Source: Nemertoderma westbladi
Taxonomy: Eukaryota; Animalia; Xenacoelomorpha
Reading direction: 5' to 3'
Length of the DNA stretch: 56,890 bases
Assembly: GCA_032718475.1 (NCBI GenBank)
Contig: JAUCBJ010000780.1
Coordinates: forward strand, 1 to 56,890
Below are positions 14,571-26,429 of the stretch, one piece after another; the stretch's first letter is position 1, and every line of letters starts with the position of its first letter. Below the pieces are notes generated by a model. The model ran no database searches. It was not told the origin of the DNA and saw nothing but the letters and a program-made list of their open reading frames with translations. A program made the translations under genes and the position numbers.

Positions 14571-16022
14571 CTTCCGAATGCGGCCGCGCAGAATGGCTCC
14601 CCAGATCCTCGAGGTCTGGTGGGACTCAGCGACCAATGAGTTGAACAACCACGAGCTGATAAAGTAGAAGATCTTGGAGAAGAGCTGGATAATAAAGCCG
14701 GCGTTGACGCGGGACTTACGTAGCCTCACCATTATGGCGGTTAGCGTCATAACTAAGTCATCCATCGTGGGCCGACCGCCGTGCTGCCAGCGGGCGCTCA
14801 TCTGTCGTGGCTCGCCCCCGTCGTCCGTCGGGAGCGAGTCGACGTCCCACTCGTCGCTCGGATCTAGAAACGCCGGGAGTACGAGATGCACGTCGCGGTA
14901 CAACCCCTGGACGAGATGCGAGAAGGAGCGCTGCGTGGTGGCGGCCAGATGCAGGCGAGCCGAGCCGAGCTGCGGAGACAGCTCGCGATCCCGGGTCAGG
15001 AAGCAGTGCAGCTCGGAGGAGTTGGCCAACCAGACGGAGAGCTGAGCCGAGCGACTGCTGTTAAACTCGACGACGTCGTCCAGAGCTGCGGCGAAGGTGT
15101 CGGCTAGCTCCGGGAGGGTGGAGCGGAGACGGGAGGTCACTCGGTCCCGGAGAGCGAGGTACAACGCGTAACTCGGGGTCAGTTTGAACTGGACCTCATC
15201 GGGGTTGTAGCGACGGACAAGGAGGTCGAGGAAAACGTCCTCGGTGGATTCCTGGAGGGAGAGATGGAGTGGGAGCTTATAGGGGGCATCTTGGGGAGAG
15301 GGGGAAGGAGGGGGCATGGAGAGTCGGTGGTGCTGGGGTGGGGGGTCCTCGGAGGGGCGGCGGGGGCGTGGGAGTGTGCCCCCACGGAGGGACCCCCCAG
15401 TGCCCCCTCTAGGGGACCCCCCAGTGCCCCCTCTAGGGGACCCCGCGTCGAGCAGGGGGTCCACCAGAGTGAACCGGGGCCCCCTCCCGAACCGTATAAC
15501 GGCCCCGGGTCGAACCACCACCGGGTCGTCGCACCGCTCGTCGTCCACGTAGATTACGGCCTCGTCCGAGTGGGGAGTCAGCAGGAACCCGTCGGGGCGC
15601 TTCGTTATGGCGCAGTGTCGGGGTTGGACCCCCTCGAGTCGCATGTAGGTCCCCCGCGCGGGGGCCATCACGTCGGAACCCACCTCGGTAACGTTGGGGT
15701 GCAGACGGTACTTCTTGCCGGGAGCGCCCGCGTCCGACGGGTGTTGGACCAGGTAGGGGAGTTGGTTCATTCGACGGGGTTGCGGGATCTCGGTCTCTTG
15801 CAGAGCGCCGCCGCCGGGACGGCGTGCGTTACCGCGCGGTTGAGTGGGCGACGCCTGGATGTGGTAGGTACTAGCGGGTCGTTTACGCAGCTGGAAGATT
15901 AGCGCACCTTTCCGTTGAGGGAAGTTGTAGAGATTGTCGAGAGGAGATTCGTCGTCGGCCAACATTCTTTGAGACATGGAATCGTCGATCTCTATGTCGG
16001 TCTTTCCTGGTGGAATTACAAC
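14571..16022 (-). CDS. AFDN: Afadin coding exon 2 (end of RA2, FHA domain, most of DIL domain)
   Basis: Acceptor TTTTCAG|GTT at 16022 and donor AAG|GTATTT after 14571, both phase 0. FHA-like YRLHPNVTEVGS...VQPRHC...IRFG; DIL-like WLANSSELHCFL and RVNAGFIIQLFSKIFYFISSWLFN. Confidence 0.93.
15389..15445. repeat. 24-bp in-frame coding repeat (GGSPRGGT) within afadin exon 2
   Basis: GGGGACCCCCCAGTGCCCCCTCTA repeated about 2.5 times; protein GSPRGGTGGSPRGGTGGSLRGGT. Confidence 0.85.
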
Positions 16023-16128
16023 CTGAAAAGATTCAACGTACAATATTAATAGCGGAATTATTTACTTAGGTAAATACTGTGCCATTAGGGTGCGATCTGT
16101 GATAGTTGGAATTTATTATTTTTCATAT

Positions 16129-16267
16129 ATATAATGTAATAGAACAATATGATAATGCGATATATGACCGGGCGTTTGAAACCTAGGTACCGGGTTCGAG
16201 CCCCAATTGGGTAGGTTGATATTTTTCGCTATGGAGAGTATTATCATATTGTCCTATTACATTATAT
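16129..16267. mobile_element. Short MITE-like element with ~28-bp terminal inverted repeats and an internal B-box-like motif
   Basis: ATATAATGTAATAGAACAATATGATAAT ... ATTATCATATTGTCCTATTACATTATAT (one mismatch); internal GGTTCGAGCCC. Confidence 0.65.
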
Positions 16268-16528
16268 CCCTAATTCACCGTCACTCACCCCATAACAATT
16301 TATTTATTATTATTATTTATTTATTTTCACGATAATCAACCGATTGAATAAAAATTTGCAATGATATGCTCATGTGGAAGTGTAAGGGAATGTAAGGGCT
16401 GGGGGGGAGGGGGACTAGTGAGACACATCGAATTCAATAATTAGTTAGTGTAGGTACATTGAGAGATTAAATAAACTATTTATCGAGTTATTGCACAAAA
16501 ATGTTGCTCGATATTCAACTCCCCAATA

Positions 16529-19341
16529 TTGAGCCGAGTCGGTTGGGTCGAGTCAGTTGGGTCGAGTCAGTTGGGTCGAGTTGGTTGGGTCGAGTCAGTT
16601 GGGTCGAGTTGGTTGGGTCGAGTTGGTTGGGTCGAGTCAGTTTGGTCGAGTAAGTTGGGTCGAGTTGGTTGGGTCGAGTCAGTTGGGTCGAGTCAGTTGG
16701 GTCGAGTAAGTTGGTTGGGTCGAGTCAGTTGGGTCGAGTCAGTTGGGTCGAGTCAGTTGGGTCGAGTCAGTTGGGTCGAGTTGGTTGGGTCGAGTCAGTT
16801 GAGTCGAGTCAGTTGGGTCGAGTCAGTTGGGTCGAGTTGGTTGGGTCGAGTTGGTTGGGTCGAGTCAGTTGGGTCGAGTCAGTTGGGTCGAGTTGGTTGG
16901 GTCGAGTCAGTTGAGTCGAGTCAGTTGGGTCGAGTCAGTTGGGTCGAGTCAGTTGGGTCGAGTTGGTTGGGTCGAGTTGGTTGGGTCGAGTCAGTTGGGT
17001 CGAGTCAGTTGGGTCGAGTTGGTTGGGTCGAGTCAGTTGGGTCGAGTCAGTTGGGTCGAGTAAGTTGGGTCGAGTCAGTTGGGTCGAGTCAGTTGCGTCG
17101 AGTCAGTTGGGTCGAGTTGGTTGGGTCGAGTTGGTTGGGTCGAGTCAGTTGGGTCGAGTCAGTTGGGTCGAGTTGGTTGGGTCGAGTCAGTTGGGTCGAG
17201 TTGGTTGGGTCGAGTTGGTTGGGTCGAGTCAGTTGGGTCGAGTAAGTTGGGTCGAGTTGGTTGGGTCGAGTCAGTTGGGTCGAGTTGGTTGGGTCGAGTT
17301 GGTTGGGTCGAGTCAGTTGGGTCGAGTAAGTTGGGTCGAGTTGGTTGGGTCGAGTCAGTTGGGTCGAGTCAGTTGGGTCGAGTCAGTTGGGTCGAGTCAG
17401 TTGGGTCGAGTCAGTTGGGTCGAGTTGGTTGGGTCGAGTCAGTTGAGTCGAGTCAGTTGGGTCGAGTCAGTTGGGTCGAGTTGGTTGGGTCGAGTTGGTT
17501 GGGTCGAGTCAGTTGGGTCGAGTAAGTTGGGTCGAGTTGGTTGGGTCGAGTCAGTTGGGTCGAGTCAGTTGGGTCGAGTCGGTTGGGTCGAGTCAGTTGG
17601 GTCGAGTCAGATGGGTCGAGTTGGTTGGGTCGAGTCAGTTGGGTCGAGTTGGTTGGGTCGAGTTGGTTGGGTCGAGTCAGTTGGGTCGAGTAAGTTGGGT
17701 CGAGTTGGTTGGGTCGAGTCAGTTGGGTCGAGTCAGTTGGGTCGAGTCAGTTGGGTCGAGTCAGTTGGGTCGAGTCAGTTGGGTCGAGTCAGTTGGGTCG
17801 AGTTGGTTGGGTCGAGTCAGTTGAGTCGAGTCAGTTGGGTCGAGTCAGTTGGGTCGAGTTGGTTGGGTCGAGTTGGTTGGGTCGAGTCAGTTGGGTCGAG
17901 TCAGTTGGGTCGAGTTGGTTGGGTCGAGTCAGTTGAGTCGAGTCAGTTGGGTCGAGTCAGTTGGGTCGAGTCAGTTGGGTCGAGTTGGTTGGGTCGAGTT
18001 GGTTGGGTCGAGTCAGTTGGGTCGAGTAAGTTGGGTCGAGTCGGTTGGGTCGAGTCAGTTGGGTCGAGTCAGTTGGGTCGAGTCAGTTGGGTCGAGTTGG
18101 TTGGATCGAGTCAGTTTGGTCGAGTTGGTTGGGTCGAGTCAGTTGAGTCAGTTGGGTCGAGTCAGTTGGGTCGAGTCAGTTGGGTCGAGTTGGTTGGGTC
18201 GAGTCAGTTTGGTCGAGTTGGTTGGGTCGAGTCAGTTGAGTCGAGTCAGTTGGGTCGAGTTGGTTGGGTCGAGTCAGTTGGGTCGAGTCAGTTGGGTCGA
18301 GTAAGTTGGGTCGAGTTGGTTGGGTCGAGTCAGTTGAGTCGAGTCAGTTGGGTCGAGTCAGTTGGGTCGAGTCAGTTGGGTCGAGTCAGTTGGGTCGAGT
18401 CAGTTGGGTCGAGTCAGTTGGGTCGAGTTGGTTCGGTCGAGTCAGTTGGGTCGAGTCAGTTGGGTCGAGTAAGTTGGGTCGAGTTGGTTGGGTCGAGTCA
18501 GTTGAGTCGAGTCAGTTGGGTCGAGTCAGTTGGGTCGAGTCAGTTGGGTCGAGTCAGTTGGGTCGAGTCAGTTGGGTCGAGTCAGTTGGGTCGAGTCAGT
18601 TGGGTCGAGTCAGTTGGGTCGTCGAGTCAGTTGGGTCGAGTTGGTTGGGTCGAGTCAGTTTGGTCGAGTTGGTTGGGTCGAGTCAGTTGAGTCGAGTCAG
18701 TTGGGTCGAGTCAGTTGGGTCGAGTTGGTTGGGTCGAGTCAGTTTGGTCGAGTTGGTTGGGTCGAGTCAGTTGAGTCGAGTCAGTTGGGTCGAGTTGGTT
18801 GGGTCGAGTCAGTTGGGTCGAGTCAGTTGGGTCGAGTCAGTTGGGTCGAGTAAGTTGGGTCGAGTTGGTTGGGTCGAGTCAGTTGAGTCGAGTCAGTTGG
18901 GTCGAGTCAGTTGGGTCGAGTCAGTTGGGTCGAGTCAGTTGGGTCGAGTTGGTTGGGTCGATTCAGTTGGGTCGAGTCAGTTGGGTCGAGTAAGTTGGGT
19001 CGAGTTGGTTGGGTCGAGTCAGTTGAGTCGAGTCAGTTGGGTCGAGTCAGTTGGGTCGAGTCAGTTGGGTCGAGTCAGTTGGGTCGAGTCAGTTGGGTCA
19101 AGTCAGTTGGGTCGAGTCAGTTGGGTCGAATCAGTTGGGTCGAGTCAGTTGGGTCGAGTCAGTTGGGTCGAGTAAGTTAAGTTGAGCCGAGTCGGTTGGG
19201 TCGAGTCAGTTTGGTCGAGTCAGTTGGGTCGAGTTAGTTGGGTCGAGTAAGTTAAGTTGAGCCGAGTCGGTTGGGTCGAGTTAGTTTGGTCGAGTCAGTT
19301 TGGTCGAGTCAGTTTGGTCGAGTCAGTTGGGTCGAGTCAGT
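16529..19341. repeat. 14-bp minisatellite, ~200 copies, afadin intron 1
   Basis: Unit TTGGGTCGAGTCAG with variants ...TTGG, ...TAAG and TTGAGTCG... Confidence 0.99.
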
Positions 19342-19850
19342 TTATTATAGTTAAACTAATAAAGAATATTGACCAACGCTTCCGTCCGGTGTCCCAAGCT
19401 ACCGTCGCATTCTCAGAATCTCTGATTGAGCGGTACCGGTACGTAAAAAAATAAAAAATAATTTCAATAATTAAAATTATAATAATTTAATAATTTTTAT
19501 ATAATAATAAGGTTCTGCTAAGGTTCAAAGGCGCTTACTTTAAGTAACAAAAAATATGTGTTAAATTATTAAATGGTTACTATTTTAAATATTGTCATCG
19601 TAGAGATAATAAATGACTAACATACAGTGAAGTAAATTACAGTGTGTATAGTGGCGCCTTACACTGCTGATGTGAGCGGTTTGTTGCATTGAATATAAGG
19701 AATGCGTACACAAATGCAGATGAGTATTAGAAGAACACTCACAAACTAGGCCTACACACACACACACACAGTACACATGTGTAGCTTTATTCCAAAATTT
19801 ACATTCCGGTTACAAGATCACCGGATTTTTCAATATCCGCATGACATTCG

Positions 19851-22800
19851 CAACATCCCTACTAACCTACATCAGCTACAACATCCCTACTAACCTACAT
19901 CAGCTACAACATCCCTACTAACCTACATCAGCTACAACATCCCTACTAACCTACATCAGCTACAACATCCCTACCAACCTACATCAGCTACAACATCCCT
20001 ACCAACCTACATCAGCTACAACATCCCTACTAACCTACATCAGCTACAACATCCCTACTAACCTACATCAGCTACAACATCCCTACTAACCTACATCAGC
20101 TACAACATCCCTACTAACCTACATCAGCTACAACATCCCTACTAACCTACATCAGCTACAACATCCCTACTAACCTACATCAGCTACAACATCCCTACTA
20201 ACCTACATCAGCTACAACATCCCTACTAACCTACATCAGCTACAACATCCCTACTAACCTACATCAGCTACAACATCCCTACTAACCTACATCAGCTACA
20301 ACATCCCTACTAACCTACATCAGCTACAACATCCCTACTAACCTACATCAGCTACAACATCCCTACTAACCTACATCAGCTACAACATCCCTACTAACCT
20401 ACATCAGCTACAACATCCCTACTAACCTACATCAGCTACAACATCCCTACTAACCTACATCAGCTACAACATCCCTACTAACCTACATCAGCTACAACAT
20501 CCCTACTAACCTACATCAGCTACAACATCCCTACTAACCTACATCAGCTACAACATCCCTACTAACCTACATCAGCTACAACATCCCTACTAACCTACAT
20601 CAGCTACAACATCCCTACTAACCTACATCAGCTACAACATCCCTACTAACCTACATCAGCTACAACATCCCTACTAACCTACATCAGCTACAACATCCCT
20701 ACTAACCTACATCAGCTACAACATCCCTACTAACCTACATCAGCTACAACATCCCTACTAACCTACATCAGCTACAACATCCCTACTAACCTACATCAGC
20801 TACAACATCCCTACTAACCTACATCAGCTACAACATCCCTACTAACCTACATCAGCTACAACATCCCTACTAACCTACATCAGCTACAACATCCCTACTA
20901 ACCTACATCAGCTACAACATCCCTACTAACCTACATCAGCTACAACATCCCTACTAACCTACATCAGCTACAACATCCCTACTAACCTACATCAGCTACA
21001 ACATCCCTACTAACCTACATCAGCTACAACATCCCTACTAACCTACATCAGCTACAACATCCCTACTAACCTACATCAGCTACAACATCCCTACTAACCT
21101 ACATCAGCTACAACATCCCTACTAACCTACATCAGCTACAACATCCCTACTAACCTACATCAGCTACAACATCCCTACTAACCTACATCAGCTACAACAT
21201 CCCTACTAACCTACATCAGCTACAACATCCCTACTAACCTACATCAGCTACAACATCCCTACTAACCTACATCAGCTACAACATCCCTACTAACCTACAT
21301 CAGCTACAACATCCCTACTAACCTACATCAGCTACAACATCCCTACTAACCTACATCAGCTACAACATCCCTACTAACCTACATCAGCTACAACATCCCT
21401 ACTAACCTACATCAGCTACAACATCCCTACTAACCTACATCAGCTACAACATCCCTACTAACCTACATCAGCTACAACATCCCTACTAACCTACATCAGC
21501 TACAACATCCCTACTAACCTACATCAGCTACAACATCCCTACTAACCTACATCAGCTACAACATCCCTACTAACCTACATCAGCTACAACATCCCTACTA
21601 ACCTACATCAGCTACAACATCCCTACTAACCTACATCAGCTACAACATCCCTACTAACCTACATCAGCTACAACATCCCTACTAACCTACATCAGCTACA
21701 ACATCCCTACTAACCTACATCAGCTACAACATCCCTACTAACCTACATCAGCTACAACATCCCTACTAACCTACATCAGCTACAACATCCCTACTAACCT
21801 ACATCAGCTACAACATCCCTACTAACCTACATCAGCTACAACATCCCTACTAACCTACATCAGCTACAACATCCCTACTAACCTACATCAGCTACAACAT
21901 CCCTACTAACCTACATCAGCTACAACATCCCTACTAACCTACATCAGCTACAACATCCCTACTAACCTACATCAGCTACAACATCCCTACTAACCTACAT
22001 CAGCTACAACATCCCTACTAACCTACATCAGCTACAACATCCCTACTAACCTACATCAGCTACAACATCCCTACTAACCTACATCAGCTACAACATCCCT
22101 ACTAACCTACATCAGCTACAACATCCCTACTAACCTACATCAGCTACAACATCCCTACTAACCTACATCAGCTACAACATCCCTACTAACCTACATCAGC
22201 TACAACATCCCTACTAACCTACATCAGCTACAACATCCCTACTAACCTACATCAGCTACAACATCCCTACTAACCTACATCAGCTACAACATCCCTACTA
22301 ACCTACATCAGCTACAACATCCCTACTAACCTACATCAGCTACAACATCCCTACTAACCTACATCAGCTACAACATCCCTACTAACCTACATCAGCTACA
22401 ACATCCCTACTAACCTACATCAGCTACAACATCCCTACTAACCTACATCAGCTACAACATCCCTACTAACCTACATCAGCTACAACATCCCTACTAACCT
22501 ACATCAGCTACAACATCCCTACTAACCTACATCAGCTACAACATCCCTACTAACCTACATCAGCTACAACATCCCTACTAACCTACATCAGCTACAACAT
22601 CCCTACTAACCTACATCAGCTACAACATCCCTACTAACCTACATCAGCTACAACATCCCTACTAACCTACATCAGCTACAACATCCCTACTAACCTACAT
22701 CAGCTACAACATCCCTACTAACCTACATCAGCTACAACATCCCTACTAACCTACATCAGCTACAACATCCCTACTAACCTACATCAGCTACAACATCCCT

Positions 22801-23251
22801 ACTAACCTACATCAGCTACAACATCCCTACTAACCTACATCAGCTACAACATCCCTACTAACCTACATCAGCTACAACATCCCTACTAACCTACATCAGC
22901 TACAACATCCCTACTAACCTACATCAGCTACAACATCCCTACTAACCTACATCAGCTACAACATCCCTACTAACCTACATCAGCTACAACATCCCTACTA
23001 ACCTACATCAGCTACAACATCCCTACCAACCTACATCAGCTATATTTATACATCCCTACTAACCTACATCAGCTATATTTATATATTTTCCCAACATCCC
23101 TACTAACCTACATCAGCTACAACATCCCTACTAACCTACATCAGCTACAACATCCCTACCAACCTACATCAGCTATATTTATACATCCCTACTAACCTAC
23201 ATCAGCTATATTTATATATTTTCCCAACATCCCTACTAACCTACATCAGCT
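19851..23251. repeat. 28-bp minisatellite, ~115 copies, near-perfectly homogeneous
   Basis: Unit CAACATCCCTACTAACCTACATCAGCTA; becomes interrupted by TATTTATA inserts after ~23040. Confidence 0.99.
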
Positions 23252-23370
23252 ATATTTATATATTTTCACTTGGAATTAGAATATAATCTATAGATAACAA
23301 TAGAATAACCTACATCTATCTGCAGATTCCCAATATAAAAACCGTTTAGTGTTAAATCAAACGCCCACCC

Positions 23371-23687
23371 TGTCGTCCATATATTAAGTGTCGTCCATAT
23401 ATTAAGTGTCGTCCATATATTAAGTGTCGTCCATATATTAAGTGTCGTCCATATATTAAGTGTCGTCCATATATTAAGTGTCGTCCATATATTAAGTGTC
23501 GTCCATATATTAAGTGTCGTCCATATATTAAGTGTCGTCCATATATTAAATGTCGTCCATATATTAAGTGTCGTCCATATATTAAGTGTCGTCCATATAT
23601 TAAGTGTCGTCCATATATTAAGTGTCGTCCATATATTAAGTGTCGTCCATATATTAAGTGTCGTCCATATATTAAGTGTCGTCCATA
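23371..23687. repeat. 18-bp minisatellite, ~17 copies
   Basis: Unit TGTCGTCCATATATTAAG. Confidence 0.98.
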
Positions 23688-23761
23688 ATATTCTAGTTTA
23701 GTCAATAAATAATTGAATCATAGCGATTCCGTCTTCCAGGCTATATTATGGAATATTGACA

Positions 23762-23897
23762 AAAAGCGCGCCACACGGATTCTGTTTAAACGAAAAGCGC
23801 GCCACACGGATTCTGTTTAAACGAAAAGCGCGCCAAACGGATTCTGTTTAAACGAAAAGCGCGCCACACGGATTCTGTTTAAACGAAAAGCGCGCCA
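23762..23897. repeat. 31-bp tandem repeat, ~4 copies
   Basis: Unit AAAAGCGCGCCACACGGATTCTGTTTAAACG. Confidence 0.95.
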
Positions 23898-24377
23898 GCC
23901 ATGACATTCAATGTGCGCCAACCATTGAAAGATTGACCATTAAATTTTGCAAGTATTGTAATCATTTATCAGTTTATACTGCAGTACCTACTGACCTACG
24001 CTACAGACATAGAGTAAGACCCACTCCTACAGTATTTTAACATGAAAATGCGAGCCCAGCGAGTAAGAAAATTTTGCAGAAAAGTAAACATGAATAGGCG
24101 TACAGTAATACTGTAATATTCAGACACAGTAGTAGGTCAACCGACTGTTTTGAAATACAGATGTGATTAAATTGCGAGCGTAGTAGGCATGCACAATACA
24201 CAAACGCGAGCGAAGCGAGCGAAAATTTTTAAGGCCTAGGCCCAACTCTTTTTAAAAATAGACTCTACTGGTAGACCGATATAAGTTCAAGTAGAGTGGC
24301 TGGATATGTTGCCATGCCAATGTATTTTGCTACTGTACATGACATCCATTTCCGCGCCAGGCTGCCAGGATTCTCAA

Positions 24378-24472
24378 TGCGCGCCACACGCCCCTGTTCC
24401 TTCGCGCCAGGATCCTAAATGCGCGCCACACGCCCCTGTTCCTTCGCGCCAGGATCCTAAATGCGCGCCACA
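24378..24472. repeat. 42-bp tandem duplication sharing the GCGCGCCACAC core with the 31-bp repeat
   Basis: TGCGCGCCACACGCCCCTGTTCCTTCGCGCCAGGATCCTAAA present twice plus a partial copy. Confidence 0.85.
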
Positions 24473-24834
24473 CATGTTGAGCAAACTCTACATAAATTCC
24501 CCTCTGATTCCAGGTTAAATTTTCATAAAATGTTCAAAAACTCTGAATGAAAACAGTTAAACCGATGTGCAGAGGCTGATCAACGAGTATCTTATTGTAT
24601 TGTTATACCAATACGAAGCTACTCAAATTCCTAGTTGCACACCTAGTAATTCAACTGGTACTCCCCCCCCCCCAACATCCAATAAAAGGCTGAGAGGACC
24701 CCGGCGGGGCTCGACTGCAGGCCAGATTGGCTGATTGGGATGAGTGAGGGTGTCGATGTAGTGCAGTCTGTAGTGTAAGTTCCCTACAGCCATACTTGTA
24801 TGTAGTTCAGTTCCCTACAGCTGTACAGTCCTAC

Positions 24835-25644
24835 CTGGAAGAGACTGTATTTGCTGGGGTCTTCGGTCCCCATATCGTATTTATTCAAGGCCTCGCCGAC
24901 AACCATCGCGGCGCAGTCCGAATTCCCTACCAACAAGGTCTTGTAGGGGTTCCCGGGACTCAGGTTCCCCCCGTAGACCTTCAGCAACCCCCCGGCGTCC
25001 GGCCCCCCGTCGTGTCGCTGGAAGTCACGGATCTTTTGGTCGATCTTCTGTTGTCGTCGTCGGTCCAACACCGCCTGCGGGTTGCTAATCGTCCGAGTGA
25101 ACCCGGATTCCGGAATGTCGGAGAACAAACGTTTCCCGTCCTCCTCTAAATAATCGTTTGTTTCAATCGGTTCAGTTTCTACTAATTTTTTCCCTTTTGT
25201 TTGTTGCTTTTTCGCCGCTTTTTTTGGTTTAGTGACCGGTTTTTTCGATGTTGCTACGGGTTTCAGTAACATCCGGCCTTCCCGATCGTCTTCGTTCCAA
25301 CCTAGTTGGACAAACAGCGGGAATTCGTCGTCTTCCAACTGGCGTTCGTCACCGTTCGCGTGGGTGTCGAACAACGAGTAGCGTTCGCTACTCAAGAGAC
25401 GCAAATCGGGGCGGAACTTCTCCAAGAGAACGTCGACGACATCTGCGGTAGTCGCAGTAGATGAAACACGGACGCATTTAGTGAGGATGTTCTTATCGTC
25501 CTCCTGGTAATAGAAACGCATGACTCCGTGGAATTCGAGGTATTCGTTGGGCATGCTGAGTTCGAATAAATCGTAACGGTTCGCGTTCCATTCCTGAATC
25601 TGCAGGATCAGTTCGTCTTTCTGGAGTTGTAATCTTCTATCCAT
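24835..25644 (-). CDS. AFDN: Afadin/AF-6/canoe, coding exon 1 (RA1 domain and start of RA2)
   Basis: Translation WNANRYDLFELSMPNEYLEFHGVMRFYYQE...TKCVRVSSTATTADVVDVLLEKFRPDLRLLS and GGLLKVYGGNLSPGNPYKTLL matches the afadin N-terminus. ATG at 25644; phase-0 donor CAG|GTAGGA after 24835. Confidence 0.95.
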
Positions 25645-26429
25645 TGTGCATTGCAGTGCAGTACAGCAGTACCGGTACAGACCTAGTGCAGTATTAACTG
25701 TATTACCGTATTAGCATAGCAGCATAGGCACTAGGCTGCTAGGCAGATTACAGGATTAGTCTGTTAGTTACCGGTAGGTAGTTTATGATTCAGACAGGCG
25801 TCAGTCTGTCATCAGGAAGTAAGAAGTTCAGAGCAACAAATTAATTGATATTGAATAAATTTAATTTAATAATTAATAAATTAAGTACTACAAAAATACA
25901 CCAAATATAGTACTGTAATAGGCCTACAGCTACAATGACAAAATGATAATGAAATATCAATTATTATGATAAGAGGGCATTGATTTTTTATGTCCGTTCT
26001 TTTGACTTTTTTGTCCGCCTTTTTTTTACGAATTGGGCATAATGATTTTGTCGGCCGCTGAATGACTTTTTATGTATGCATTTCTTCAAATTGTCAGACT
26101 GCTGATTTCTGGACTGTCAGACAGTTGATTTCGCCATGAATGTGCCAAAACATTGAAATTTTTTGATTTCTGAACTGTCGGACTGTTGATTTCACTATGC
26201 CTGTGCCAAAACATTCAAAATTTGTTGATTTCTGGACTGTCAGACACTTTAATTTACAATACTTGTGGGAAACATTCAAAATTTGATGATTTCTAGACTA
26301 GGCCTATGATATAGATTTCCATATGTGACTGTGGTAAAAAAAAGCTCTAAATTTAATAATTTCTGGATGTTGTCGATAATAGATTTCCATATGACTGTAG
26401 CAAAACAGTCATTTTATAGTAAAAAACAA

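Noticed and set aside
14674-15902. Plus-strand and alternative-frame ORFs over afadin exon 2 (likewise 1741-2424 and 24796-25451)
   Set aside because: Shadow ORFs of GC-rich coding sequence.
16165-16215. tRNA gene
   Set aside because: Only a T-loop-like motif; no acceptor stem or D arm could be folded.
16529-19454. Many long ORFs (up to 583 aa) of SSQLGRVSWVE repeats
   Set aside because: Translation artefacts of the 14-bp minisatellite; they are open in all three frames, use non-ATG starts and are intronic.
19851-23251. Telomeric repeat
   Set aside because: Contains TAACC-like words, but the unit is 28 bp and intronic, not (TTAGG)n or (TTAGGG)n.
23352-23705. ORF of YGRHLI repeats
   Set aside because: Stop-free frame of the 18-bp tandem repeat.
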